This document shows positions 19,517 through 32,149 of a stretch of DNA of 64,000 nt, in pieces. Source of the stretch: Azolla caroliniana (Eukaryota; Plantae; Polypodiophyta); NCBI GenBank assembly GCA_043228905.1, contig JBHGNT010000001.1:26102001-26166000 (forward strand). Direction: 5' to 3'. The stretch's first letter is position 1. Every line of letters begins with the position of its first letter. The notes under the pieces were generated by a model. It worked only from the letters and a program-made list of their open reading frames with translations, made no database searches and was not told where the DNA came from. The position numbers and the translations under genes were made by a program.

Positions 19517-22328
19517 ATTGGTCTCGGGGTTCTATTATGTGGAAGATTAGGGAAGGAGGATTCGACCAGGCCAAGACAGAGTGAGGGAAGGAGATGGTTG
19601 TGGTGTGGCAACGGGGCTACGAGGGCAAGAGAGGGCTTGTGAGCAAGAGCGGTGGGAGCAATGAACGCGCTGAGAGCGTGGAAGCGATGAATGCTGGGTG
19701 TGCAAGAAAACTTCTGTGTGTGGAGTGGGCTTGGGGTAACTGTTTTTTAGCGAACGCCTAGGGTTTTGTGCATGAAGAGGAGCCTGGAGATTCTTGGGCG
19801 TGGATGCCATAATAGGATATTATGGCCACGTGTCCTAGGGAGTTAGTATTATGCCTGGGATGCTGTGCATGTGCCTTTAAATACTTAAGTGAATGTGAAA
19901 GTGACTAATGGGGTGCCTCTAACCTGACGTGATTTGGGTGAGGTGGTAGGTGGTGTAGGTGGAACTAACTAATTGCTAAAACTATGCCTAATCCTACCTA
20001 ATGTCTACTTTGGAATGCTAGTGGGTCCTTACCGAGGGAGACACGTGGCCTCCTTCGTGGCCATGTCCGTGCCGTGAGACTCGGCGAAAGGGTTGGCTGG
20101 GGTATTTCCTTGGTACGGTCGTAGTCGGAATCCATTCACCCAGCTTTTGACAATTTCCCCGGCGAGGGTGCCAAGCTGGAACGTGCCGCTAAACTCATCA
20201 ATAATCTAGAAGGGGCCGTCCATCGAAATCGTAACTTTCCTGGCATAGCACCGAGTCGTGTCTGGAAAACGAGGACCGGTTTGCCTATGGTCAGTTCTTG
20301 TTCCAATCCCTTCCGATGTCGGTCCACAAAGGCTTTCCGTTGGCGTTGGCATTGTTCAAGTTGGGCCATGCTCGCTACTCGGTCCTCGCCAAGTTTGAGG
20401 AGTTGTTCCAGCCTCAATTGTTCAGATTGGGCCTCGGGTAGGCGTTCTTTAACTTGCACTTGGAGACTCGGGACTTGGAACTCGATGGGCCTAACGGCTT
20501 CTAGACCAAAAGCCATCCGAAAGGGGGTGGATTGAATGCTCGTTTTGAATATCGTGCGGAAAGCCCATAGTGCACTCTGGAGCTTGTCATCCCAATCGGT
20601 GTGGTTCTCGTTGACAATCTTCTTCAGGATTGTTTCGAGGATTTTGTTAGTTGATTCTGCCAATCCATTTGCCTGCGGGTAGTATGGTGTGCTTTTCCTA
20701 TCTACCACTGCGTAGTGAGTCGTAAGCTCGCGTATTATATGGTTTATAAAGTGCCCACCGTGGTCACTAACGATCTCAATTGGACATCCATAATGGCACC
20801 AAAGATGTTCGTACACGAATTTGGCCGTGGATGCTGCCATGTTGTCTCGTAAAGCCTTTGCCTTGACCCATTTTGTGCAGTAGTCTGTGGCGACGATGAT
20901 ATACTTATTACCGGTTTGGGCTGCGGCCGGTTTGAAGGGTCCCACAAAATCTAAGCCCCATTTTTGAAATGGTTCCAATGGAAGAATGGGTTGGTGTGGC
21001 ATTCGAGCTTGTTCCATCGGCTGTCCCAACCGTTGGCACAAGTCGCACTGTCGACAGAACTCGTGGGCATCCTTTTTCGTTGTAGGTCACCATGACCCAC
21101 TTTGCCATACTTTCCTTGCCCTGGACTCTCCGGCGTAGTTTCCGCCGGAGATTCCGAGGTGGGCCTCTTGGAGGATGGCCTTCTTTTTGAATTTTCGAAT
21201 GGCCCGACGCCATATTCCGTCCGAGCCTTTGTGATAGAGGATGTCAGAAACTAGACAAAAGTTATGGCTACGTACTGCGAGTTATTTCCATACATCGAGG
21301 GCCATGTGGTCGGGAGGCAAGCCAGTACTAAGGAAATGGGTCATCTCTGTGATCCATTCATCTTCTTTGTCGTCGGTTAGCGTTGCGAGATGAAATAATC
21401 CGGCATCGGGCAGATCGTCATACGTGGGCTCGGCAGGGTCTCCGGACTCGAGGTGGCTTAGGTAATCGTCGACGGCGTGTTGAACTCCGGGTCGATGTTG
21501 TATATGAAAATCAAACTCTTGTAATAGGAGCATCCATCAAGCCAGTCGACCTGTCAGGGCTTGTTTATTAACCAGGTAGAGGAGGGCCGAGTGATCGACG
21601 TGAAAAGTGAATTTTCGGCCTAAGAGGTAAATGCCGAAATTGACTGATCATGTAGATCATACCGAGGACCTCCCGTTCGGTGGTTGAATAGTTCTTTTCC
21701 GTGGCCAAGAGACGTCTACTAGGATAATGCACTGGCCGATACCAATTTGGGGGTGTGCATTGCATAAGTGCGCTCCCGATGGCAATATCTAATGCGTCCA
21801 CGAAGACGTGAAAAGGTTCCGACCATCTCGGTGGTTGTACAACTGGGGCATGCGAGAGCATTAATTTCAATCCTTGGTAAGCCTCGTCCTCGATTGAAGT
21901 CCATTGAAAGGGGAGTCGATGCACCGCCGTGTGTAGTGTTGTCGCGAAATCGGCTAGGTGGCATAACATCCGGTTGTGCCATCTGATTTGTCCCAGAAAT
22001 CGGCTGAGGCCTTTTGCGTTCGAGGGTGCCGGGGCTTTTAGGATGGCTTGTACTTTATCCGGGTCCATGGCGATACCTTCTTGACTGACGATGTGTCTGA
22101 GTAGGTTGCCGCTTGTGACCAAGAATGCACACTTTGCCGGGTTTAAACTTAACCGAGCCTGGCGACATCGATCAAGACAGAGGCGTAACTAGGTCATGTG
22201 TTCCAGTCATTGTCCATATACGGCGAAGTCGTCGAGGAAGACTTGCTTGAACGTCGGGATATACTCGTTAAAAATTTCGGTGATGATGCGCTGGAACGTG
22301 GTCGGCGTTGTTTTTAAACCGAACATCA

Positions 22329-23037
22329 TGTTGGGAGACAGGTCCCTCCGAATGGGAAGGGAGAAGAACAGTGCTGATGAACAAACTCGGCCGAGGCCGA
22401 AACCGGATGACGAGTACCTGGCTACGGAGAACCGGATGGTGCAGACCCGGTGAGAACCGGATGAGGAGAACCCGGCTGTAGAGAGCCGGATGGTGCAGAC
22501 CCGGTGAGAACCGGATGAGGAGAACCCGGCTACGGAGAGCCGGATGGTGCAGGCCCGGTGAGGAGTGCTCACTGGATGAAGAGACATATTCGTAAATATG
22601 TTTCTGAGAGTCCATCGAGGCTATATTTGTAAATAGCCAAAAAGTCATATTAGTATAAATATGACTTAGGGCAAACTTATTGTAGATGATGTAGAGTGTT
22701 GTTGTCATTCTTGTGTGTGCAAGATCAGAGCACATAACTGTGTACAGAGAGAGAGAGAGAGAGAGGAAGAGGTCGTTGCCTCTGTTGTAACCGCCGCCTA
22801 TGGCGAAGATAGAAAGCTCGAGGTTGTTTCCTCGGTGCTTTACTATTGTACACTATAACATAGTGATAGTTTGCAGCCTGTGGGCTGCCGTGGTTTTTTC
22901 CCTAGTTTGGGTTTTCCACCCAAACATCCTGTGTACTCTTCTCTTCAGTGTGTCGTGCATTCATTCCTGTTTTTGTGTATGATTCTAAGCTCGGTTGTGG
23001 CCGAGCGTTGCGCATAAGGAGCGTTTAGTTCCCGTCA
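22329..23037 (+). mobile_element. Solo LTR of copia family C
   Basis: TG..CA termini; perfect 5-bp TSD CATCA (22324-22328 / 23038-23042); homologous to 62858-63783. Confidence 0.95.
22402..22561 (+). repeat. 54-bp tandem repeat, about 3 copies, in the family C LTR
   Basis: ACCGGATGAGGAGAACCCGGCTACGGAGAGCCGGATGGTGCAGACCCGGTGAGA-type units. Confidence 0.9.
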
Positions 23038-23836
23038 CATCATGACTTTTGCCACGAAAACACCCCATTTCGTGACAAATGTTGTTTTCTCTTGATCATC
23101 CGGGTGCATTCTGATTTGGTTGTACCCACTAATACGTCTAGAAAGTTGTAGCATTCGGGACCTGCGACCGTGTCGAGAACACTATCCGTGAACGGGAGAG
23201 GGAATCCATCTGTGACCGTTGCAGCATTAAGCTTGCGATAGTCCACGCAGACTCGGATTTTCCCATTTTTCTTGGGGACGACTACGATTGGGCTTAACCA
23301 TGTGGCGCGTTTTACCGGTCGTATGAACCCGACTCGGAGGAGCTTGTCTATTTCTTCCTTGACCTTAGCCGCAAAATTGGGGTTCATCCGGTATCGTCTT
23401 TGTTGAACCGGCCAAGCGTCCGGGAGAAGGTGGATCTGGTGTTGGTAGTATTGTGGGTCCAAACCCTTCATATCCGTGTAAGACCATGCGAATACATCGT
23501 GGTAATCGGTGAGTAAGTGGATGAGGGTTGCTCGTTCGCCGGATGGTAAGTTATTAGCAATCTGTAGGGTCTGAGGGGTGTCGTCCGAACCGAGGTTCAG
23601 TGTTTCGAGCATCGATGCCTTCACGCGTTGGGAGATGGCGAGTTCACGTTCAAAAGTGTCCTGAGCGTGTCGTAATTCGGCAACAGTGGTGGGATCGGGC
23701 TCATCCTCGTTTAGAGGTGTGCCGACGGCCGACATGGCGTTGATTTCGAAGAGAGGTATGATAGTGGGATGGTCTTCTAGGAAATCGTCCACCTCGTCAT
23801 CGGCTAATCCGTCGAGCATGTGCACCCCTTCCGCAT

Positions 23837-24515
23837 TGTCGTGGAGAAAACTGTCCCTACACGGAAACCGAGTGTAACATGCGTAAACTAACCCTTACAC
23901 GTGGGCACAAGTTTTGTGTAGTACGTAGGTAGGTACAAGTCGCCTGAGGCGAAATCCTAGGCAGTACGCGTTCGGTAGGGAGGAAATCGAGGCGTATCCC
24001 TGTCCGAAAGGACAAGGAATAAACATGATGTAACAAGTGGTAATGGCCTCCCTCCTTGGGTTATAAAAGACAGGGAGAAGTGAGGAAAAGGTATCGCGTT
24101 TGTGGAGGACGAAGTGCTGCCGGACTGGAACCGAGCGCTTCTCTTCTCCTCTATCGTCTCCATAATCGTTATGTGCAGGTTTCGGGAGGCTGACTCTGTT
24201 CCGCGGGACGCCCGAGTGCTCCCGGCAGAGCCTCCATCTCGTGTTCTGTGTGTGTGTGTGTGCGTAGGCGTCGGAGCCCATCACTCGCCGGCTTGCCAGC
24301 TATAACATCTTGATTTATATATATATATACATAAACATTCGTTCTATCTCCATCTGGCGTTCTGTAGCTCATTGCAATTCCTGTGATTCTGTGGGTCTGT
24401 GCATGTGTGAATTACATCGTAAGAGTCCTTCCCCTCCCTTCATTCGGTTATTTCTCAGTTCGAGGGCCCCGGTGCTCCCGCCTCGTTCTCCACGCATGCG
24501 CGTAACAATGCAACA
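23837..24515 (+). repeat. A4 5' LTR
   Basis: Direct repeat of 40673-41400; TATAAAA at ~24062. Confidence 0.93.
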
Positions 24516-24559
24516 TATTTGGTGAACCCGACGTCAAAAGGCGGTAGAGGAATAGAAAG

Positions 24560-24883
24560 ATGAGAGGGTCGGAGCTTGAAGAAGCCATGGCTTCGGTTGT
24601 GGATCGGATAGTGAGTGCACGCAAAGGCACAAGTGCCCTCGATAGGGCTATTGAAGCGGTCGTTGGCACGATAGGCCGGTTTGGTGGGAAGGACGCCACG
24701 AGCTATTTGGAGGCCTACCGAACCGAAATCGTGATGAGGGACATCCCGGAGGATAGGCGATTGGCCGGATTCCCTCGGGTGGCGATGTCGGGCATTCACA
24801 CAGGTGCTTGAGGTACGGGCTAAGAGTCAGACCTGGGAAGAGTTTGAAGGTCGGCTCCTTGAAAAATACGGGTTTGATGATGC
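24560..24883 (+). pseudogene. gag: A4 gag N-terminus, continuing at 35335
   Basis: MRGSELEEAMAS..IGRFGGKDATSYLEAY. Confidence 0.9.
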
Positions 24884-25473
24884 TGTCGTGAAGAATTTCG
24901 GCCAGAGGCGAAAACCGGGAAACATTGGCTACATCGGCGGGGTGCTGCGTGTGTACGCACCCGTGTACATTTAGTGTGAATATCGAGGGCGCCTTTATGG
25001 CGCCGAAGAGTAGTCAAGTCGGGGACAGACGATCCCATGTAAGTCGGGATTGTCCCACATTGTAACGCATCCCCTTCCTTGTTCTATAAAAGGAAGGGAA
25101 CGCCCATTGTGTAAGGGTTGCCCATTTTGCATTAGAGGGTATACCGTTAGGTTTAGAGTTAGGTTCTTCTTCATCTCCTTCTGCGTGTTTCGCTTAGGGT
25201 TTGCTTGGTTCGGCCTCCTGTGCAAGACCCCGCTCGGCGCGACGAGCTGAGAGCTCCCCGACGGCGGCTTGACAGCAAACGTCTATTGTAACCTACGTCA
25301 GTCCGGCTCGACGCCGGGAATGTATTCTTCCCTTTATATATATATATATATATTTTCCTGTGTATATTCGCGTCGTTGTTGGCGTCGGGTGCTTACCCTT
25401 TCCTGCGTTTTCTGTACATAAGGCGTGAGTCGGGTTGTGCGTGTGTGCGTGTGCGTGTGCGTGAGTCGGTGTT

Positions 25474-25505
<32 letters not shown>

Positions 25506-25637
25506 CCTTCGGTTGCTTCCGGTGTGTCTCTGGGATGCCCAGATACAGTGAAGCACGACTTCCTACGCTCCATCACTCTCTAGTCCATGACCCCTGTGGT
25601 CCCGCCTTTCTCCACGCACGCGCGTAACAACGCGACA
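24884..25637 (+). repeat. B2 5' LTR
   Basis: TGTCG..CGACA termini; repeat of 34579-35334; contains (TA)n and (CT)n. Confidence 0.95.
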
Positions 25638-25674
25638 TCTTTGGTGAACCCGACGTGAAAGGCGGCAAGGGAGG

Positions 25675-26409
25675 ATGGAGTCGGAAGACGACGACCTTGC
25701 GGAGATGGTGGCCGAAGTGGTGTTGGAGTCAGCACGAGTGGTGATGAGGCGAGAAGCGGCGCAACAGGAGGTTGAGCAAGTGGTCGAAAGAGTCGGTCGT
25801 TTCAACGGGGACAAGGTGCCATCTTACTTGGAAGCCTGCAACGCGGAAATGGAGGAGCGTGGCGTAGACGAGGCGTTGAGGCTGGAGTTCTTCTGCCGGG
25901 TCGTAGCTGTCCGAATGCATGCGGAAGTGAAGGAGCTCCGTGAGGCTCATAGTTCGTGGGAGGCGCTCGAAGAGGCGCTCCTGAAGGCATACGGAGGACG
26001 GCGGAAGAGCCGGGGACGACACGACTTCGACCAGTGGGTAGCATTGGCAAAGACCCACCGGGGTGCAACGAAGGCATTCTGGGAGTTCAAGCGATGACTT
26101 GCTCGGCTCCCAGAGCGGGAACAAGGTTTGGTGGGGGCGGACAAAGTCCTTTTGTTCGTCAGGTCGATCGACCGAGTGGAACGGGAAGCCATCGGGATTG
26201 AGCTCGAAGACGATGATGGAGCGAATGGGCTTACAGAGGACTGGTGGAAGGTCGGAAGGGTGTGCCAAAGGCTAGACAACGAGCGAGCCGAGAAGGCTAA
26301 GAGGAAGGTACATGACGGTGTGCCATCATAGCGGGAAGAGGCCGAACGGAAAAGGGAGTTGGCAAGGATCGGCGTTGGGGCCAGGATTGTGGAGGCATAC
26401 GCAGCGCTC
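25675..26409 (+). pseudogene. B2 Gag-like N-terminal region; tail resumes at 32150
   Basis: MESEDDDLAEM..VGRFNGDKVPSYLEAC..VLLFVRSIDRVERE..GLTEDW matches family A Gag VLLFVKSVDARDRE..GLTANW. Confidence 0.8.
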
Positions 26410-26864
26410 TGTCATAACTAGACTCGAACCCATAACCTTTTGTTACACGGGTCGAGACTTTACCAATAGGTTATGAATTGTAATTTGAAGGATATTATTT
26501 TCATTTAGGTTTTATTGGGAAATTGATGTATATTCCAGATTTCTCTGGAACATTCTAGAAACTTCAGGAGTATTCCTGAAGACACTATAAAAGGAGGCGC
26601 AAGGCATTAGTTCGAACCAAATCAGTTCAACGCCAGTCTTAAGCCTTCTAACTACTGTTGTATATCTTCCTTCATATAATACATATATCTTTCGCATCAT
26701 CATTCTCTCTCTCTCTCTCTCTCTCTCACTCACTCATTCCTTCTCTCAAAGTTCGACACCTCTCATAGTACTAATCCTTCTCTGTCTTAGTACTATTCCC
26801 CAACAATAGTACTAATCCTTCTTTTAGTACTAATTCCTTCTCTGCCTTAATAGAGTTCCTGACA
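26410..26864 (+). repeat. Chromovirus 5' LTR
   Basis: TGTCA..TGACA termini; TATAAAA 26586-26592. Confidence 0.97.
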
Positions 26865-26866
26865 GT

Positions 26867-26878
26867 TTGAACCGATTT
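26867..26878 (+). promoter_or_regulatory. Self-priming PBS candidate
   Basis: TTGAACCGATTT is complementary to AAATCGGTTCAA in the LTR (31904-31915; one mismatch at 26619-26630); no TGG tRNA-type PBS. Confidence 0.75.
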
Positions 26879-26948
26879 TTGGGTGCCTGTCTGGTCTTTT
26901 CTCTCCCTCCTTTCCTACTAGTCTCTTATTTCCCTTTTCCTTCATCCC

Positions 26949-28118
26949 ATGGCCACCGTTAGCGTTGAAGAGTATCAATCCGTTTTCTCGGAATTTCAAT
27001 GCTTGAAAGAGAAGTTTCATGCTTTGGAACAAGAAAATCAACGCTTGTTGGGGGATCTTCAGCAAATTTCCTTAGAAAAGCAGCAAACGCAACAACAGCA
27101 TGGGGAACTTGCGTTACGCGTGCAACAACTCGAAGCAACCATCGTAGCAATGCAACAACAAGGGCACGGAGCACAAGGGATTCATAAAGAACCCAAGATT
27201 GGCCTTCCCACGAAGTTCGATGGAACGCGATCGCAGTTTAGAGGGTTTCTTAACCAGGTACGGTTAGTTATTCAAATGCATCCGTCCCGATATCCCACCG
27301 ATGCATCACGAGTGGGTTTAGTAGGCACGTTGTTAAATGGCTCAGCATTAGCATGGTTCGCTCCGCTACTAGAAAAGGAATCTCCAGTACTAAATAATTT
27401 TGAAGAATTCATAAGTGAGTTTAAAGCATGTTTTGGAGATACTGACAGCATAAGGACTGCAATCAACAAAATCCGGCGATTACGCCAAGGTGACCGTCCA
27501 GCCTTCGCATATGCTGCAGATTTCCGCCTACTCGCCGCCGATATCCCCTGGGATGATCAAGCATTGATGGAGCAGTTCCGCTATGGTCTACGCAACGATG
27601 TCAAGGATTTACTCTTGACTTTCCCTGAAGAGCCAAAATCATTAACAGAAGCAATCAGTCGAGCGGTCAGATGTGACAACCGCCTCTTCGAGCGACGTTC
27701 GGAACGACAATTTCAGATGCCGAGGGCAAGATCCGAGCCTACCTATGCCTCAGTGGTAGCAAAACCTTTTCAAAGGGAGTCACATAATGCGCCTCCAGTA
27801 AGTACTCCAACTCCAATGGAAATTGACACTACACGTCGTCGTGGGCCGCTATCGGAGGAGGAAAAGCAACGACGCCGAACAAACCGATTATGCCTTTATT
27901 GCGGTGGACCAGGGCATATCGCGATAAACTGTCCCCATAGACCAAGAAGACAGGTAAACCAAGTCGTTGTTAGTTCTGACTATACTAAACCCGAGTCTAT
28001 TTCAGTAGGAATCTCTGATAGTCCTCATAGTCATAATAGTCCTAATAGTACTAATAGTCCGAATCTCGCAAACAAATTTGATGTCCTTAGCCAATTAGAA
28101 GAAGAGTTAAACGACTAA
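26949..28118 (+). CDS. gag: Chromovirus Gag, 389 aa, intact
   Basis: Coiled-coil-like N-terminus; PTKFDGTR; LRQG; PTPMEID; knuckle CLYCGGPGHIAINC. Confidence 0.93.
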   Translation: MATVSVEEYQSVFSEFQCLKEKFHALEQENQRLLGDLQQISLEKQQTQQQHGELALRVQQLEATIVAMQQQGHGAQGIHKEPKIGLPTKFDGTRSQFRGFLNQVRLVIQMHPSRYPTDASRVGLVGTLLNGSALAWFAPLLEKESPVLNNFEEFISEFKACFGDTDSIRTAINKIRRLRQGDRPAFAYAADFRLLAADIPWDDQALMEQFRYGLRNDVKDLLLTFPEEPKSLTEAISRAVRCDNRLFERRSERQFQMPRARSEPTYASVVAKPFQRESHNAPPVSTPTPMEIDTTRRRGPLSEEEKQRRRTNRLCLYCGGPGHIAINCPHRPRRQVNQVVVSSDYTKPESISVGISDSPHSHNSPNSTNSPNLANKFDVLSQLEEELND

Positions 28119-28150
28119 GTCCAGCCAAAATAGGAGCCGTTTGGTTGGAC
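28106..28150 (+). promoter_or_regulatory. Candidate -1 frameshift signal of the chromovirus
   Basis: G TTA AAC, 6-nt spacer, stem GTCCAGCCAAA/TTTGGTTGGAC; pol lies in the -1 frame. Confidence 0.75.
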
Positions 28151-31100
28151 AGCCCTAGATCTGTGCAGCCCATTAGTGGTTCCATTCCCTCTAAGCAAGT
28201 TAGTGATGTGTTCGTAGCCCAAGTAGCAGTTAGTACTAAAAGTACCCCTCCAGTACATACCTTAGCCCTTCTAGATTCCGGAGCTAATTCTTGCTTCATG
28301 GATAGGAATTTTGCCCGAGCTCATCAGATATCTCTCAGAAAGCTCCCATGTCCAGCCTCAGTAGTAGTCATTGATGGTCGTCCCATTGCTTCTGGTAATA
28401 TCATAGAAGAGTCGGAACCCGTTAATATTGTCCTAGATAACTTAACATGTGTAGTATCATTTAATATTATTAGTATTCCAGAACATCCCATAGTTTTAGG
28501 ATTACCATGGTTCGAGTTACATAACCCAGACATAGATTGGAGGACAAGGGAAATCCGGTTGCGACAAACCCAAGGATCTACCCAGAAGGTTGCAACCATT
28601 TCGCTACGTCAGTTGCGTGAGGAAGGGCGCAAGGAGGAAATGTTTCTCTTCGCAATATCAGTACAACCCTCCAGCACCACCAAAGAGGAGTCCACCGTTC
28701 AACTTCCCGAGAAGTATCGTCAGTATGCTGATGTGTTCGATAAAGTACAAGCCAACACACTTCCTCATCATCGGCCGTACGATTGCGCCATCGACTTACA
28801 ACCGGGAAAAGAGCCGCCATGGGGGCCGATCTACAATTTGTCACCAACCGAGCTAGAAGTCCTTCGAGCCTATATAGAGGAGAATTTGGAGAACGGTTTC
28901 ATTCGGCATTCGAAATCTCCAGCCGGCGCACCCATTTTCTTCGTCAAGAAAAAAGATGGCTCGCTTCGACTCGTTGTAGATTACCGTGGCTTGAATAAGG
29001 TCACAGTAAGAAATAGGTATGCTCTTCCCCTTATCTCAAGTCTTTTAGAACGGATCAACGGTGCCAGGTTCTTCACGAAGATCGACTTACGAGGAGCCTA
29101 TAACCTCGTACGGATCCGACCAGGAGATGAATGGAAGACCGCGTTTCGCACCAGATATGGGCACTTCGAGTATACGGTCGTGCCGTTCGGACTCACTAAT
29201 GCGCCGGCAGTCTTCCAGCACATGGCGAATGATATATTTCGAGATCTCTTGGATGATTTTTTGATCATCTATTTGGATGATCTACTGGTTTATTCAAAGA
29301 CCCAAGAAGAACATGATTCTCATGTACTATTAGTACTAAAACGACTTCGAGAACATGGTCTGTATGCAAAGTTAGAGAAATGTAGTTTTGGGTGCAACCA
29401 AGTGGAATTTCTCGGCTATGTCATCTCCTCAGAAGGCATATCTATGGACCCAGCCAAGGTCAAAACGGTGATAGAATGGCACACTCCGCATTCGGTGCGG
29501 GATGTGCAATGCTTCCTAGGCTTTGCAAATTTTTACCGGAAGTTCATACAAAATTACTCAAAAATTGTGCTGCCTCTCACACAGCTCACCAGGAAGGGAC
29601 AATCATTCATTTGGTCTAAAGAGACGGACATGGCTTTCGAGAGTCTTAAGAAGGCGTTTACATCAGCTCCAATTTTAGGTCATGTGGATCCGGAAAAACC
29701 ATTCATTATCGAAGCTGACGCATCGGATTTCGCATTGGGGAGCATTCTGTCACAACAGGGTAACGACGAGAAGCTACATCCTGTGGCTTTCCACTCCCGT
29801 AAGTTTGACGCCGCCGAAATCAACTATGAAATTCATGATAAAGAGCTATTAGCAATAGTTGATTCTTTTATGCAATGGAGGCATTTCCTGGAGGGATCTC
29901 CTCATCAGGTCACTGTATTCAGTGACCACAAGAACCTTGCCTACTTTCAAGATGCTCGTGTACTGAATCGACGTCAAGCTCGGTGGGCCCACTTCCTCAC
30001 ACGCTTCGACTTCAAAATTACATATCGTCCGGGGAAGCACCAAGGGAAGGCAGATGCATTATCACGGCGTTCGTATCTAACACCACGTCCCGGTGAGCCA
30101 GCTTTCGATAACTAGAAGCAAGTAATCTTGGGTCCAGCACGACTGCAAGCAGCACAGGTCTTTGACATGCCCGTGGATTCCGACATTACCAATACTATAC
30201 GTGAGGACTTGAAGACTGACGCTTTCGCCCAAGCTATACTAGCACAAATTGACCCCTCTCGAGCGTCATGTTCACAATCACAATCACCAGGTATGGATTA
30301 TCGGCAATTCAAATACTGTGATGGATTACTCTTCTTTAAAGAACTTTTGTATGTTCCTAATGGTTCTTGCCGCCTTCGAGTAGTACAAAATTGCCATGAC
30401 ACATATACAGCAGGACATTTTGGTAGTACTAAAACATTAGATTTAGTACAACGATCATTCTGGTGGCCCCGTATGCGACAATTTGTCGAAGATTTTGTTC
30501 GGACTTGCGATACATGCTGCAGAGCGAAAATGCCAAGACGACATCCATATGGTTTATTAGAACCATTACCAATTCCAAGCAAGCCATGGCAATCCATTGC
30601 TCTTGACTTCATTACAGATCTTCCAGTCTCTAAGGGATTCAGTGCGATTCTCACAGTGGTGGATCGATATACGAAGATGGCTCATTTCTTACCATGTACT
30701 AAAGAAATATCTAGTGAAGACACCGCCGAAATTGTCATGCGGGAAGTATGTCGGCATCATGGACTCCCTGATAATATCATCAGCGATCGTGGACCCCAGT
30801 TTGTGTCAAAATTCTGGAAGCACCTTTTTAAAATGCTGAAGGTCACTTGTAACCTCTCCTCCGGCTACCACCCACAAACCGACGGTCAAGCCAAACGAAC
30901 AAATCAAACACTGGAGCAGTATCTGCGGTGCTTTCTCAACTATCATCAGAATGACTGGGCAGATATTCTTCAGTTCGCCGAATTTGCCTATAATAACGCT
31001 ATCCACGCATCGACTAAAGTCACGCCATTCTACGCTTATACGGGATATCATCCCCGGTGGTGTGTCCTTGAAACCCCAGAAGTGTCCACAAATCCTTGCG

Positions 31101-31702
31101 CGGAGGATCGTTTGGAGCGGTTACGCAAGATACAAGCGGATTTATCTACTCAACTCTAGCAAGCTCAACAATCACACAAGGACTACGCAGATCGTCATCG
31201 ACTTCCATCCAGTTTTAACATTGGAGATCGGGTGTGGCTGCTACGACGACACATCAAGACTACTCGCCCATGTGAGAAGTTGGATTATCGGCGATTAGGT
31301 CCTTTCCGTATTATCGGGAAGATTAATGATGTCGTTTTTCGTCTCGAGCTACCTCCGCAACTTCGGATACATCCGGTGTTTCATAGTTCTCTCCTCGAAC
31401 CCTATCACGAGAGCACTATCCCAGGACGTACTATACAACCACCACCTCCTATCGAGCTCGAAGATGGACCTGAGTATGAGGTCGCTGCCATCCTCGATTC
31501 CAAGATTGTTCGCAACAAGCTCTACTATCTAGTCGATTGGCTAGGATATAGTCCCAGCGAGCGTACTTGGGAACCGATCGAGAATGTGACCAATGCTCGT
31601 GCTTTTCTAGAAGACTTCCATCGACGATATCCCGAGAAACCGGGTCCTCAATCCAAAACGACTCGTGGAACTCGTCGTTTTAAAGGGGGGATAGTGTCAT
31701 AA
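28106..31702 (+). pseudogene. pol: Chromovirus Pol (PR, RT, RNase H, integrase, chromodomain) with two in-frame TAG stops
   Basis: LLDSGA; YLDD; EADASD; HHCC and DDE; YEVAAILDS..YLVDWLGY..TWEP; stops at 30113-30115 and 31157-31159. Confidence 0.95.
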
Positions 31703-32149
31703 CTAGACTCGAACCCATAACCTTTTGTTACACGGGTCGAGACTTTACCAATAGGTTATGAATTGTAATTTGAAGGATATTATTTTCATTTAGGTTTTAT
31801 TGGGAAATTGATGTATATTCCAGATTTCTCTAGAACATTCTAGAAACTTCAGGAGTATTCCTGAAGACACTATAAAAGGAGGCGCAAGGCATTAGTTCGA
31901 ACCAAATCGGTTCAACGCCAGTCTTAAGCCTTCTAACTACTGTTGTATATCTTCCTTCATATAATACATATATCTTTCGCATCATCATTCTCTCTCTCTC
32001 TCTCTCTCTCTCACTCACTCATTCCTTCTCTCAAAGTTCGACACCTCTCATAGTACTAATCCTTCTCTGTCTTAGTACTATTCCCCAACAATAGTACTAA
32101 TCCTTCTTTTAGTACTAATTCCTTCTCTGCCTTAATAGAGTTCCTGACA
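31695..32149 (+). repeat. Chromovirus 3' LTR
   Basis: Direct repeat of 26410-26864. Confidence 0.97.

Larger units (their letters stand above)
20100..23836 (-). pseudogene. pol: D1 pol (RT, RNase H, integrase)
   Basis: ORFs 23040-23825, 21568-22122, 21282-21533 and 20136-21041. Confidence 0.9.
26410..32149 (+). mobile_element. Chromovirus (Tcn1/Tf1-sushi-like Ty3/gypsy), complete and young
   Basis: 455-bp LTRs (26410-26864, 31695-32149) with 2 differences by eye; perfect TSD CGCTC; PPT AAAGGGGGGATAG; gag, PR, RT, RNase H, integrase, chromodomain. Confidence 0.97.

Noticed and set aside
22374-22402. Hammerhead ribozyme core (CTGATGA...GAAA), as in retrozymes
   Set aside because: No stem II closing pair, and the homologous LTR near 62903 has CCAATGA
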